From NCBI GenBank assembly GCA_043228905.1, contig JBHGNT010000015.1:18352001-18416000 (forward strand): a DNA stretch of 64,000 bases, in the 5' to 3' direction. Origin of the DNA: Azolla caroliniana. Lineage: Eukaryota; Plantae; Polypodiophyta. The translations under genes were made by a program, and so were the position numbers. Shown here piece by piece: positions 24,855 to 39,328 of the stretch. The notes beneath the pieces are model-generated. The model did not search any database. It saw nothing but the letters and a program-made list of their open reading frames with translations, and was not told the origin of the DNA. How positions within the stretch are numbered: position 1 is the first letter of the stretch; every line of letters begins with the position of its first letter.

Positions 24855-27800
24855 TGCCCCCTCAAGCTCAAGTCGGGTCGGTTTCAGACGGTATCTGAAA
24901 TCCGCTTCGACTCGTGTTTTGGAGTTTGCGTCGACTTGCATTTATGCGGAGTTGCGGAATCTGTGCTCCAGCTTGCGTTGTGCGTAGTTGCGAAGTCTGT
25001 ACTTCGGCTTGCGTCTTTCTTCGCGGCTTTGCGTGGCTTCGTTGCGCGGTTACGGAATCCTCGCATTATTGCGTAATGTCTTTAGTACTCCCCCTCAAGC
25101 TTGGCAGGTCAGGGATTGTCAATCTGAGATCAGTCATGAATTGCCAGAGCTTGTCGGATCCTAAGGCTTTAATGAAGATGTCGGCCGTTTGAAGATTTGT
25201 GCTAATGTGTTGTAGGTCGACATCGCCAGCTAGAACGCGCTCTCGGATGAAGTGATAGTGCAGTTCGATGTGCTTTGTCTGCGCGTGCAACACTGGGTTC
25301 CGAGCCAGATAGATACTGCTCATGTTGTCGCATTAAAGGGAAGTCGGATCCTTGATGGGTACGCCCAGATCCTTCAAAATCCTCTTGAGCCATACGGCTT
25401 CACACGCAGCTACGGCTGCGCCCATGTATTCCGCCTCCATACTCGAAAGAGCGATGGTAGGTTGCTTCTTGCTACTCCAGGATATTGCTCCACTGCCGAG
25501 GGAGAACAAATCCTGAGGTTGATCTTCTATCGGCTTTGTAGCCGGCCCAATCGGCGTCGGTGTACCCCTCGAGTCGTATTGGCATCGCAGTCTTGTAGAG
25601 GATGCCGCAATCCATTGTGCCGCTTACGTACCGTAGAACTCGCTTAGCGCAATCCAAGTGAGTATCACACGGTGTTTGCATGAATTGACTAAGGAGACCG
25701 ACCGGATAGCTGAGATCGGGTCGAGTGATCGTGAGGTAGATGAGACTCCCGATGAATTGCGGATACTAAGTCGGCTCACACGCTTTGGTGCTGGAGTTCG
25801 CATCTAGTTTGAGATTACGATCGAGCGGGGTTGCCTCGGATTTGCACTCAGCCATCCCGAACTTGTATAGTAAGTTGAGGATGAAGGGCCGTTGAGAGAT
25901 CATGATTCCGGCCAGAGTCCGAATTACCTCGATGCTGAGTAAGTAGTGGAGCTCCTTCATGTCCGTCATCTCGAACTTGTTGGAAAGGAGGGATTTGACC
26001 TTATTGATTTCGATGAGATGCTCACCGCCAATTACTAGGTCATCCACATATAAAATGATGACGATCGGACTTGCGGAATCGCTTCGTATGTAGAGGGAGT
26101 TGTCCAATTTTGACATATGGAAGCCGATTTGATGAAGATATTGCGTTATCTTTGAATGCCAAGCACGCGGTGCTTGCTTGAGGCCGTAGAGTGGCTTCTT
26201 GAGTCGGCATACTGCTTTCGGATGAATGTGCAATTCGAAGCCGGGTGCTTGTATCATGTACACCTCCTCTTCTAATTCGCCTTGTAGAAAGGCGTTCTTG
26301 ACGTCCATTTGATGGAGGTGCCGCCCTTTCGCCGCGGCAAGCGCAATTACGGTCTGTACCGTCGTGATCTTTGCCTCCGGGGCAAAGGTCTCCTCGTAGT
26401 CAACTCCGTGCGTTTGGGCGTAGCCTTTCGCTACGAGTCGCGCTTTGTAGCGGTTGACGGAGCCGTCAACGTTGTACTTCACTTTGTAAATCCATCTACA
26501 TCCGATTGCCTTTTTGTGTGGTGAGATGGGAACGAAATCCCATGTCTCGTTCTTGCGTAGTGCCTGCATCTCCTCGTTCATGGCTTCGATCCATCGCGGA
26601 TCCTTGGTTGCTTCGGAGAATGTTTCCGGCTCGCGTACTGTTGCCACCTTCATCATAAAGGCATAGTGATATGCCATGTAGTCATTGTAGCTGAATTGGC
26701 TAATCAGATTCTTTTCATGGGTGGAGCAGTGGAGCTTTTCATTTGCAGAGATGAGGGCTTTCTTAGCTCCAATTGGTACATCGAAGCTGCCGAACTCACT
26801 GTCGAGTGAGTGAGTCGACTCATCGTCATCGAAGCGATTGTCTTCGTATTCCGCCATTTTTGCCTTGCCTTTGTCCATCTTCGGGCTAGGCCGTGATGTG
26901 CTTTGATCGCTCAAAGGCTCTTGTGGTCCGCTCAATCGGGTCGTGATTGGACTTTCTTCGAACATGTGCGTAAGGCGATCTTCATCCTCTATCTCTGGTT
27001 CGACGGATTCCGGGTCGAGCGGAGTCGGAGTCGTAGTTGTCTCTGGTGCGTACCAAGATGCGGACTCGTCAAATATGACGTCTCGACTTACTCGAGATTT
27101 TCGAGTTGAGGGGTTGTAGCACTTGTACCCCTTTTGCTCTAGTGAGTATCCTACGAGGATACATTTCTCCAACTTCGGGTCAAGCTTTTGACGCTTCTCG
27201 TCGGGGATGAGCACATATGCTATCGCGCCGAATATCCGGGTGTGCGATATGTCCGACTTCTTTCCGAAGTATTTTTCGTGCGGAGTGACCTCGTGCACGC
27301 TGGATGTTGTGCATCGGTTCATTAGGTAGACGGCCATATTTGCAGCTTCGGTCCAATATGACTTGGGCATATGCTTCTTGTTCATCATGGCTTGTGCTAC
27401 TTCGAGGATGTGCTGATTTTTGTACTCGACTACTCCGTTTTGTTGCGGAGTGTGTCGACACGTGAATTCTCGCCGAATTCCTTCATTTCGGAGATACGTC
27501 GTGAAATCGTTGGAGAAGTACTCCCTACCGCCATCCGATCGAAGGCATTGTACATGTCGGCCCGTGGCTTTCTCGACTTCATTCTTGAATTTTTGGAAGT
27601 GTCCAAACACTTCGCTCTTTTGCTGCATCGGGTAGATCCAAGTGTGCCTAGTGAAGTCGTCAATGAAGAGCACGTAATATCGGCATCCGCCGAATGTAGC
27701 CGTTTGTGCCGGTCCCCATACGTCGGAATGGACTACGTCGAGTAGACCTTTGCTCACGTTCCACTCTTTCGGGAATGGGTGTCGGTGTTGCTTGCCGAAT

Positions 27801-29544
27801 TGGCACGCTTCGCATACACCGTCAATCTCCTTCTCTTTGAATGTCGGGAGTTCGATGATGACTCCTTTCGATTTCATTGCTTTGAGTTTGTTGAGATTGA
27901 TGTGGCCGATTCGCTTGTGCCATAGCTCTATGTCGGTCGGAGTCGGCTTTCGTGCCTTTCACGAACATGGCGGATTTCATCTCGCCTGAATCGAGAATGA
28001 ACATCCGGCCCTCTCTTCGTCCGCGTGCGATGAGTCGGCCCTCTTTTTCGATGAAGCAACCACCTGGATTAAATCGAACTTGCATCCCTTGCTCTACAAT
28101 TTGGCCGACGGAGACCAAATTCTTCGTAATGGTCGGTATATGCAAGCCATTTTTAATGTAATTTCGCTTACCTTCTTTTCCGAACGGAACATTGCCGATG
28201 TGCCAAATCGGGTGCGTAGTGTCGTCTCCGGTTTCAACATAGCTGAGTCGGTCCAACTCTCGAAGTTCTTAGAACCATTCTTGATGCAATGTCATATGGT
28301 TCGAGGCACCGGAATCGACGAACCATACGTCTTCCGGACCGGAGGAACTAGTTGAGGTAGAGGTCGACATAGAGTTTGCTCTATGTTTCATCATGAACAT
28401 TCTGCCACAGTCGGAGTTGTGCGCATACATTTCGCCACGATCTTCATAGTCGGAGTTGTTCCCGTACATTCCGCTATACTCTTCATAGTCGGAATTGTGT
28501 GCTTAATTCGTGAGTTGTTGGCTTGTGGAAGCCGATTCACGCATCTTCTTTCGGCACTCTTCTTCGTGGTGGCCGAGCTTTCCACAATATCCGCATTCGG
28601 TTGCGTGTTGATGGCTCGGGCCGGAGTGGAAGCCTTCTTGCGAAGGTTCCTCATTGGCTTCCGTTTTGCGGCCGAAATTGGGAGTTGTTGTCGTAGGTCG
28701 GACCTCATCCGCCTTGTCCTTGGCCGAATCGGCCTCTCGCTCATCCGCATCCTCTTCCTCCATTAGAGTGCGTGTAGAGCATGTGGCCTTCTGGCTCATT
28801 GCTCCTTGTACACACGTGGTTTTCTTCGACCAATAGCATTGATTGGAGCTCGAAGAAGGAGGGAGATTTCTCCCATGCTAGAACGGTGGTTCGCATCGCG
28901 CCAAACCGTGGTGCGAGGCCGCCGAGGCATATTTGCACCATCTCATCATCATCTATACTTACGCTTATTGAGCCGAGTGAGTCGCAAAGCTCCTTGATCT
29001 TCAAGGTGTATGTCGTGATGGACATGTCCCTTTGTTGAATGTTGTTCAACTCTTGGCGGAGTTGAAGCTTCCTCGCAGTCGTGTTGGTGGCAAAAATCTT
29101 TCGTAGATTTTCCCACGCTTCCTTCGGCATCTTAGCTTCTCGAATGTAACCGAGCATGTGGTCGTGAACACATGTCGCCAAGCAATACATCACGCAGCTT
29201 GTGGCTTGCTCCCATGTCGCGTATCCGGGAGCCGCTTCGACGGGTCGATCTTCATGCGCTCCTTTGATGTAGCTCCAATAGCCTTGCCCGACAAGGTATT
29301 GGTGCATCTTGTACTCCCAAGATGCGAAGTTGTTTCGATCCAACTTCTCGATAGGGAGAGCGCTCCCCATTTGAGTATTCATTATGTCGATTCTTCTTCT
29401 TCTTCTTCTTCTCTCTTCGAATGCGAGCTATGTAGAGAAGCTACGATAGCGATGAGCCGGTTCTTGGTCGTCGGCATGGAGCACAACACACGATCACGAT
29501 GAGGCGAATGGGCTAGATCGAGCTACCAAATCGCTCTGATACCA

Positions 29545-29928
29545 TGTAAAGAATCAAGAGATGGATTCTTGTGAAGCGGAAGAGATATGAGTTATGTGTG
29601 TGTATGTGTGTGAGAGAGAGAGACAAAGAGTAAAACACAGAGAATACGCAAGGTTAAGTATATTAACAAAGGAGAAAGACTCAACATAATACAAGGTGGG
29701 AGGAGGGTGCTTTATGTAGTCACCCTCTCTCTTCATTAACTACAAGACTCATGGAGCATGGGGAATGTGAAAGCTCATAAGTTATGTGTCATAGAATATG
29801 ATTCTATGACTCATACTAAATGCTAGAATACAAAGTGGTGACTTAATGGTGACTCTTGACCGTTGGAGTGTCTATTCACTCTCAAGGTGAGTTCACACAC
29901 TAGACCAAGTTGAGCTTGATTCTCAACA
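29545..29928 (-). repeat. Copia-1 5' LTR
   Basis: Direct repeat of 24471-24854, adjacent to the PBS. Confidence 0.95.
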
Positions 29929-30900
29929 AGTTCATGGGGCATTCCTTTTATCACTTAGAATTGGATACTGTTGAGTCCATAGAGGTAACGTTGAATGCTA
30001 ATATGATAATTAACATTCGTAATGCAATTGCTTGTTTGTGTCATGGAAACGGGCTTTGATTCTATCAAAATTATGAATTCGGAGCACTATCTAACCCCGA
30101 TTTCAATTGTTTACTTGAGAATCCCTAAGGAATACATGGTTGTACATCAATTGTAGAATCAACATGGTTCTACCTCCTCGTGAAGATGCATTGGAAATAA
30201 AGTTAATAGGATACCCATCAATTCGAATCTTAGTTCCCTCCATGGAAAATTTACCTACTCAGGTACTCTTATCGTCACCCTATGGGAATTCTATGTTTAT
30301 GCAAAAATTGGAATATGTGGGTATGCTTGGGCAATGTTTTTATGGAAAACAGAAAGGTCATGTATTGAAAGATTGCCCAGAAAACAAGAAGAGTTTTAGA
30401 CCTCAGAACGATACACCTAAAGCTCATACAAGTGTTCACCTTGTTAACCTAGATAAGGGACAACCATCTCACATAGTTGAGGGAACTAACAAGGGGGGAA
30501 ATGTTCAGCCCTCCAATGATGAGAGGTAGAGACCAATTGAAAAATGACATTCAATAAGTATAAAGAAAAGGAGTGTGTAGGTGTTCTTGTGCAGCGGAAG
30601 AAACTCTCTCTCTGTGTGTGTGTGTGTGTAAGAAAAGAGAGAGAGAGAGAGGAGAGGAGGAAAAAAAGCGATGACGTTCCAAGAATAGTGTTGAAATATG
30701 TTTATGATGTAACTTTGTACTCAGAACTCTGATTTTTATGATTTTTGGCTTGTTGCGAAGCTCATTTAGAGAGCTTTCCAAGGATTATTTGGATGCTAAG
30801 TTTCCTTATCGTTACAAGAACCTACAAGAAAAATCTTCTTCGTCTCAAGTTAGTTCTCTCAATCTCTATTAGGATGGTTGACACAACAACATGAAGTGAG

Positions 30901-33900
30901 TTGATGATTGTTGATGGATGTGGTAGTAATGATGGTTGTGAAAATTACAAGAGGCAAAAGTGCATCGATTCTACAGAACATGACAAAACATCATATGTTG
31001 CTATTCTTGGTGGGAAAGATGTTATTGGAGATGATTATAATATTGATAGTTGTCGTGATTTTGTTAAGGCTTTGCTTTCCAATTTTATGGAAAAAAATGA
31101 GAAAGATGCTAAAGATTGTGTGGAGGAGGATGTTGTAGAGGTGGTGATGGAGACCAAGTCTATGTTAGCAAATTTTGACAAGTTCTATGATCGTGGTGTT
31201 ATTTTGTATTTCACTAGCAAACTTCCTTTAGTATCATGGATTAAGTAGTGGTTGAATTCATTCATAATGCCTAATTGTGTTGAGGATGTCTATGTGGGTC
31301 CAAGAGGTTTCTATGATGTGGTTTTTCGATCGTTAGAACATCATACGACTTTGATGGCAAAGGTAACAATATTTTTTGATAGAAGATTGGTGCATGTGAT
31401 GGAATGGGTTCCAGTGGTGGATTATAAAGATTTATTAAAACAATAATGTCCAATTTGGGTGACCGTTGATTGCAGTAACTCATTCTTTTGGGATTTACTA
31501 CCAGGATTGATGTCTCAAATTGGTAAAGCTTTGGTTGCTCCTCATGTTAATTCGTTGAACAAATGTAGATTTTGCATGTTATGGGATACAAGTTGTAAAC
31601 TTCCAGGATGGTTGAGTATAAATACATCTTGATTTGGTCGATTTCATTTTAAGCTTCAATGGGAGACCTTTGCATGACATTGTTTTAATGTGGTAAATTG
31701 GGGCATTTTATGGCTGAATGCCAATCTCATGGTGAACTATCCCCAGAAAATAATGTCAAAGGGAAAAATAAGGAAGATGTTGAGAAAGATATTGTCTAAA
31801 TGGTTGATATGGTCATGGATGAGGGAACATCTCATGGGTTATAGCGAGATCCTAAAGTTCATGGTCATGTTAGAGGTGTTGGGGAGGAGAATGGAATATG
31901 CATTAATGATGACCCAGATGTTGAAGATGGAGAGTGGTATCAAGTGAAGCATAAGATAAAAGGGAAGGGTGTTGCCATACAAAGGGACACAAAAAATACT
32001 AATGGTAAGGCATTACCAAAAGATAATTTGAGATTGAATGAGGGGTTTAAGAAAAATCCTTGGTAGAAACAAGTGCGAAATCAAAGATTGTCCAACCAAT
32101 TAAAATTTGATTATTCAAGAAGAGTGGTATGACCTCAATTAAATCAAGGACTTCATTCTCCTAGAACTAGACAACAAAACCCTAATATTGTTGGAGGGGA
32201 TGTAGTACACATGAATCCTTATGCAGCTCTTGAACAAGTAGTTAGTACATTCATGAATACACTTGCTCATAAAGAGCAAGTTCTTACTAAAAGTGATAAA
32301 TGAAAGTGGTATCATGGAATGTGCGAGGGGCATCTTCTCCTCATAAGAAATATATATTCTGGAAAACTTTATTTGATAAAGAATGGGATGTTTTATGTGT
32401 AGTTGAACATAAGTGTCATGATTTAGCAGGATCTGTGTTACATTTGTGTGGATATTCCGCATATTATGCAGGACAATTATCACATCATTACTTAGGGGTT
32501 GTCATGATTTTTCGTGATTTGTTTTGTCCACATATAGTCTATAATGATCCATATGGACGTTTTTTGGTGGTGGAAGTCAAGTATTTTGAGGATTTGATAT
32601 GGTTGGTAGGAATCTATGCACCCAATAATGATAATCAACGCATTGAGTTATGGTCTTCAATGTATCCACGATTATTAGTGGGCCATGTTGGTTTGTTAAT
32701 GGGTGATTTTAATATGTGTGTTGATGCTTCACAATCTACTTCACAATTCTCATTGATGGATTCTCCTGAGCAAGCAGTTTGGGACAAATTGGCATCAGAG
32801 GTTTTGAAGTTGGATGTATGGAAATGGTTGCATCAAGATGAGGTTGGGTTTACATTTCAGTCTATGCAATATAAGGAAACATGGAGTAGGTTAGATGGAA
32901 TGTATGTTATGCATGATGAGTCCTTTTTGCCAGAGATGCTTAATATGTCAATTATGCAAGAGGTTGTGACATCAGATCATTTTCCCATATGTTTAGATAT
33001 GTTCAAAACATTGCTTGATCGAGTTCCTTTGAGGTTTAATTCTTCTTTATTATTACATTCCTTATTTGATGCCTATATGCAACAAATTTTTGGCCTGTTT
33101 TCAGAACAAGTTATTTCAAAAGGATGGCATGCATGGGATACAACACTACAAAACATCAATGATATTCACCGTTTGTATGGTATGGCTAATGCTAAAAGAC
33201 ATAAGAAATTGATTGATAAGTTTTCATATATTCTTACGCGATGCAATGTACTATTGATGAATAATCCACATGATGAAGAGCTTTTGGATGTTTAAGTTCA
33301 AGTACAGGACATTGTGAAGAATTTTACTTGTCAAAGTTATCAACAGACAAGACTACGTCAATTAAAGGAGGGATTTATAGATAATCAATCACAATCTCAT
33401 ATGTTTTTTCAAGGATTAAGACCACCATATGCTCGTTCAAATGTGGTACACATTAAGATAGGGGATGACATTATTGTAGACCCAATCAAGGTTATTGAGT
33501 TATGTATTACTCATTTTAAGAATTTGATTGGGCCAGAGTTGATTATTAATGAGGACATGTTGAAAGCATGACAAGAGTTTTATAATGTAATTGGGAGTGT
33601 CGTGAATACAAATATTTGTCAAGAATCAGATGCTGATTTTGAAGAAGCTGAGGTGGAAAAGGTATTGTTACACCTTCCAAATTGTAAAAGGCCTGGTTGG
33701 GATGGTGTTACAAATGAAGTTTTTAAGAAGTATGTTGGCATGCTTAAGAGTCCATTCACACAAATGTTTCAACAATGTTGGGATTCTGGTTTCATGCCCG
33801 AGAGCTGGAAGGTGGGCTTAATCAAACTGATACCAAAGGTACCATCTCCGGAGTCATTTCATCAATGGAGGCCCATTTCATTGATGGGAGGGTTATACAA

Positions 33901-35385
33901 AGTGTTTGCAAAGATATTATCCAACAGACTTCAGAAGTTCTTACCTCAACTTATTCATCCATCTCAATATGGTTTTATTACAAGTAGAAATATATTGCAT
34001 AATGTTTTGAATGTTCAAATGGCTATTGATTATGCACGACATACACATCAAGAAATGGTTATGGTGCAATTAGATTTGGAAAAAGCTATTGGTTTTTCCT
34101 CTCAAGTGTGATGTATAATATGGGGTTTGGTCCTCGTATGTGTCGACTTATATTCTTGCTAGGGCAAAATGCAACCTCGCGTGTGATGGTTAATGGCGGA
34201 GTTACTCCGAAAGTGTTTCTTACTAGATCCGTGCGGCAAGGATGTCTACTAAGACCATTGTTATTTGCTATTGTTACACATCCTTTGTTAGTAATGTTGT
34301 CAAATCTTGCGGCTAATGGTGGTATTGTGGGTTTGCATCTTCCTTCTGGTGGACAATTGGTGGCACAAGCATTGGTTGATGATTCTTTTATGTTTTTACA
34401 AGCCTCAAAAGAAAATCTTGAAAGGAGTATGCAAGTTTGGGATCAATTTGCTTTGGCTTTAGGGTTGTATATAAATTGGAGGAAGTCTCGCCTTATTTCT
34501 TGTACGGAGAGTGATTTGGAATGTTTGGGATGGCGAGGGTCAGTGATTACACGAGGATCAATTTATCGACATTTGGGTATCCATTGGGTGTTGTTGTTAC
34601 AAATGTTCAATTGATTGATTGGATTGGTAGTAAATTGAAGGACAAATTTATGTATTGGAAGTCTCAAATTATGGCCCTTTCATGTATGACTCAAAGTGGT
34701 GCAATGTATCTTGATACCCATGTTATTATATTTTTTGCCTTTACTACCTTGGACTAAGAAGGCATTACAAAACATTTTACAACATATTCAGTTCATGTTG
34801 TGGCGGAAGCGAGAAATGATGGGAGTTGTATGGATTTCATGGGACCATTTCGCTACTCCTAAAGGTTAGGTGGAGCAACAATATTGGATTTGGAAAGGCA
34901 TTTGATGGCTCGTAGATTTGCATTATTACGAGATATATGTCAACAAAATCAACCATGGATACCTATGATGCAATATTTTATTGAGCATGAAGGATCGGTG
35001 CACGGGAAAACAAAGATTCAAGCATCCTGGTGGTCATTACTCAATGGAAGTATTCCTCTAAAGATTCGACATTCTATATGTGGACAACATTTGGTAAGAT
35101 CGTGGCAAGATCCATTATCTCTTTTTGAATGGGGACCATCAAGTGATCGAGAATATTGTAATTCATTACAAAATGAATTGCTTGTTTCTTCTTGAGTGTT
35201 GTTTTGGCATGGGAAAGAGAAGTTGAGATCTCAATTCAATCGTTTATTTCGATTGGGGATTGTACATTTGGAAGATGTGGTTGATAATGAATCTCAAAGG
35301 TTGTTGGATTTTGAAGATGCCAACCGATGGTTATGTATTCCCCCAAATTATGGATTTATTTGGGAGAAATTACAAGATATACCAT
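30901..35385 (+). mobile_element. Decayed L1-type LINE D (ORF1 + endonuclease + RT), cut at its 3' side by a chromovirus
   Basis: ORF1 remnants (RGFYDVVF, CFNC..GH knuckle near 31680). ORF2 from 32300: MKVVSWNVRG, GDFN, SDHFPI, PGWDG, WRPISL, LDLEKA, VRQGC, ALVDD. Many stops and frameshifts. Confidence 0.9.
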
Positions 35386-35781
35386 TGTTGCAAGGATCAA
35401 GAAGTTGATGAGATAGGGAGATCAAGAAGTTGATGACAATGAGTAAAAATATCTATTCCATGACTGGTGTTGATCTCCTTGATGTTAACAAGGGAGATCA
35501 ACTATTTTTATACATGTAGTGATGCATGATAAGCATGCTCATGCCAAGTCTTACATACTATAATATCAAGCATATTAATTCTTGCATGCCAAGTCTTACA
35601 TACTGAGTCTTACATATTGAATATTACATACTGGGTCTTACATACTAGGTCTTACATATTGAGTCTTACATACTAGGTCTTACATACCACTCTTTATACA
35701 AAGGTTTGAAGTCTAAAGTTTGTCTAGGAGAAATTTATATAAAAGGGCCTAAGGTTCACATTCGAGTCGATGTTCATGACA
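35386..35781 (-). repeat. Chromovirus 3' LTR containing ~16-bp tandem repeats (gtcttacatact)
   Basis: The minus strand starts TGTCATG right after the PPT (35781). The left boundary tgttgc at 35386 is inferred from the end of LINE homology; the partner LTR is not in the window. Confidence 0.65.
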
Positions 35782-36217
35782 TTATCCTCCCCTTAAGTGC
35801 CGATTTCAAGAAGGTGCAGGATTGTGAGGATATCGGAGATGAAAATCATGAACCACTTCTGGGGCATTTAGTAAATTTCTAGCGGGCTCCCATGTAGCCT
35901 TAGAGATGGGATATCCTTTCCACAATACCAGATACTGGAGCTTTCGTTGGCTCTTGCGCGAGTCCAGAATGGTCTCGACTTCATACTCATCCCCGGTCGC
36001 CAAAGCCACAGGGGGAGGTGGGTCGATGCTTCTTCCTAGAATTGAGGATGGATGATAGAGCTCAAGAAGTGATGCATGGAAGACATTGTGAATTCGGTAG
36101 CGTGATGGAAGAGCAAGACGGAAAGCCACAATGTTGACTTTATCAATGATGCGGAATGGCCCCAAATTTTTGTAATCAAGTTTGTTGCATGGGCGAGTTG
36201 TCAGAATATGCCGATGT

Positions 36218-36885
36218 TGTCATGGAGAAAACCGTCCGTAGGAGGAATTGGTGGATAGTGTGCGTGAACCGGCCTTACACACGGGGACATGTTTTGATGT
36301 ATTGTACATAGTTAGGTACAGGTCGGCGATGTGAATATCCTAGGTAGCGCGTATGCATTAGGTAGAGAATCGAGGAGTATCTCTATCAAAAGGGACATAG
36401 AATAAAAGTGATGGAACAGACTGTAACGTCTCTCTCCTTGGGCTATAAAAGGAGAGGAGAGGGGACTGAGAGGGGATCGCGTTTTAGGCAAGGACGAGGT
36501 GCTGTCGGACTAGGAATCGAGCTCTCTCCTCCTTTTTCGTTGCTCTCTACAGGATTTTGGGTGGGTTGCCTCTGCTTCGAGGAAAGCCGTGTGCATTCCG
36601 GCAAGGCTCTAATGTGTGCGCGCGTGGGTGTGTGATTGTCTGGGTTGGCTCTGTCGCCGGCTAGCCGGTTGTAATCTTGCTAACACTGTAATCATTACTG
36701 TTGTTGTAATTGAATCTCTTGTTTTTCGTCTACCTGTGTTTCTCTGGCAAGCGATGTCGGTTGTAGAGAGGTTTGCCCGGCCCTACGTGTACGCGCTTCT
36801 CCCTTCCTCTTCTTTCGCTATTTCCTCGGTTCAAGGCCCCCATGGTCCTACCTTATTTCCCATGCGAAAGCGAAATAACTTGACA
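36218..36885 (+). repeat. Gypsy 5' LTR
   Basis: 668 bp, direct repeat of 60926-61594 with scattered transitions; TATA-like ctataaaa at ~36443. Confidence 0.95.
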
Positions 36886-36889
36886 TATT

Positions 36890-36907
36890 TGGTGAACTCG
36901 ACGTGAA
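36890..36907 (+). promoter_or_regulatory. Primer-binding site complementary to tRNA-Trp
   Basis: TGGTGAACTCGACGTGAA versus the recalled plant cytosolic tRNA-Trp 3' end ...TTCACGTCGGGTTCACCA (1 mismatch). Confidence 0.75.
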
Positions 36908-38781
36908 ACAAGGAGATAGAGGAGTTGAAGATGAGGGGATCAGAGCTCGCTGAAGCCATGGCAGCAGTAGTTGATCGGATAGTAAGTGCTCCTGAGGGCA
37001 CGGACACCCTCGACAGGTCCATTGAAGCAATTGTTGGCACAATAGGCCGCTCGATGGGAAGGACGCCACGAGCTATTTGGTGGCCTACCGAGCCGAAATG
37101 GTGATGAGGGACATCCCGGAGGATAGGTGTCTGGCTGGGTTCCCTTGGGTGGCGACACCGAGCATCCACACGGAGGTGCTTGAGGTGCAGGCCGGATGCC
37201 GGACCTAGGAAGAGTTCGAGGGGCGCCTCCTCGAAAGGTACGGTCTCGATGACGCACTTCAGTTATCGAAGCGAGATTTCATGGATTGGGTGGAGACCCC
37301 CGGAAAGGGGAGGAATGTGTCGGCGCTTCTCCGGGAGTTTGAAGAGCGTTTCGCGCGGCTCTCAGCACTGGACAAAACCGTGTTTGACACAAGCCGTGTC
37401 TTGTTGTTTGTCAAAGCCATGGATGCGCGGGATCGAGATCAAGTGGGTCTCCTACTAGAAATGGATGACGGGCTGATAGCCGACTGGGTCGTGGTGAAGA
37501 GAGTCTGCGGCCGATTTGACAAACGGCGTGAGTGGGTCGACAAGGGATCGTCGGCGGAAAGACCCGTCCGGGCAAGGAAGTTTGATGAGCCTTTGCCGGC
37601 ACGGAATGAGGAAACCTAGGATTGGCTCGAGACGGGCTCGACCTCAACCGGCGTGGTTAAGGGCCCATTTGGAGGAGCGGCTCTGGAAGAGTTGATGCAG
37701 ATGGTGCGCGATCTCCAGACAACGGTGAACAGTCCCGCAACCGGAGGCCTCCGACTGGGCAGCGGTGCATGTGGTGCGACGCGATCGGCCACGCCCGAAA
37801 AGAGTGCACGGATTTTGCAGACGCACTTAGAAGCAATGTGGTGTACCTGTGGAACGGGCAGGTGCACACCGGTGATACCCGGAGACCCCTAGAGACGAAC
37901 TTCGGGCGCGACAGAATGAAGAGGTTGATGGAAGAAGTAGCGGTGCGCCATGTAGAGGTTGTCCACTATTCGGCGTTGGCTTGAATCCGGGCCGGGAGCG
38001 ACAAGGGCAGGAAAAAGGAAGACTCTAGCTTCTAGCCCTTGGTGCTAGAAGGCCTTGGCGGCGCACGACTGAAGAGGGAAGAAGCGGACCGCACGGAGTA
38101 GCAGGTCCGGGAGGTCACTGGATGGGACGATCCGGTTGAGGAAAAGACCGGTTTCGTGGAAGCCGCATGCCAGAACTATGAGATTCTGGTAGAAGACAAG
38201 CGTGCGGGAAAGGCCGGAGGTGCCAGGCCCTCACAGCGGTACAAGACTCGGTTCGGGCAGAAGCAAAATGAGGCCGGTAACCCCGGCGCACCGGATAAAA
38301 CAAAGCAGGCCGGTTACTGGCTAAGCATGGAGATTGAGAGGTCGAAGGACCTGCGGAAGGTCCTTGAGGAGCGAATTCTCGACAACAAAGTGGAGTTGTC
38401 GCTGAGGGAGGTGCTAGGAATTGCCAAGAAGGAGTTCCACGATTCCATCGTGGACTTGGTGAAGCGAAAAGGGCTCTCGACAGAGCCGGAACCGGAGAAA
38501 CCGGTGGAGGTGAGAACCACGCACCTGGAAGACATGGCCCTGGAAGACGAGTTGGCGGAGAACCACTATTCGAAGTTACACTGGGCAAGGGCTACTACGG
38601 AAACCCTTGTTCGGGTTGGGGACGTCCAGGAGCCGGTAGTGGCGCTAACCGACCACGGGTCGGAGATCAACCTGATGTCTATGGACTTCTAGTGGTCGAT
38701 CAACACCAACCATGGGTGGAAGATACGTGCAGCTACACGTGCCATGAAGGAGCTGCACGGGGCCTGCCCGAATGTACGGGT

Positions 38782-38808
38782 GGGTCGAAGCACGCTACGG
38801 GGTACCAA
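38782..38808 (+). repeat. Left TIR of the DNA transposon
   Basis: Inverted match to 51569-51595; further shared ttttggcca...aaaatt..agtact blocks inward. Confidence 0.92.
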
Positions 38809-39328
38809 AAAAGTACTGTTTTTGGCCACAAAAATTGTCAGTACTTTCAATACTGTTAGTACTGAATAATTCAGAAAAAAAATTAGAGAAAAAGAAAATC
38901 GATTTTGGAGAGTGGGGTGACTGTAGTACAAGTGTCATTTACTGTAGAAGGAGTGGGGGGAACACGTGAGGAGATGTTCTTCCATTTTGGGGGCTATTTT
39001 CCCCTCACGTCGATTTTGGCGCTTCCCCTCACGTCGTTTTGGCGATTCCCCTCATACTGTTCTTCCTCTATCTCTCTGAGCTTTTCATCACAGACATCCA
39101 TGTCACGTTTCTGATTTTCCTTCAATCTAAATCTCAGACATCCATGTCTGGTTGGAGAGTTTGAGTTGAGGATTTCTGATTTTTTTAGGGTTTCTGTTTT
39201 TGTTAGGTTTCGGTTGAGGTACAGAGACTGTTCTGAGGGTTTAGGTAGCAGCCAATAGTCACTTCTTTGACAACGACTTTCGTACTTCCACCGATTGCAG
39301 TTGATGTCGTGGTGATTTGGGGCTTTTT

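Larger units (their letters stand above)
24471..29928 (-). mobile_element. Ty1/copia LTR retrotransposon (Copia-1), full length but frameshifted
   Basis: 384-bp TG...CA LTRs at 24471-24854 and 29545-29928 (about 5 differences by eye). TSD agttc (24466-24470, 29929-29933). PBS TGGTATCAGAGC (tRNA-iMet) at 29544-29533. Gag, zinc knuckle CGYCGKLGH, protease WFVDSGAS, integrase, RT YVDD and RNaseH YTDADWAG in broken ORFs. Confidence 0.97.
24312..30545 (+). mobile_element. LINE ORF1 remnant (LINE C) interrupted by Copia-1
   Basis: VVFTPKEEAMLQREVSCL (24312-24470) and FMGHSFYHLELDTVES...GQCFYGKQKGHVLKDCP (29931-30529) parallel LINE B ORF1. Confidence 0.7.
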
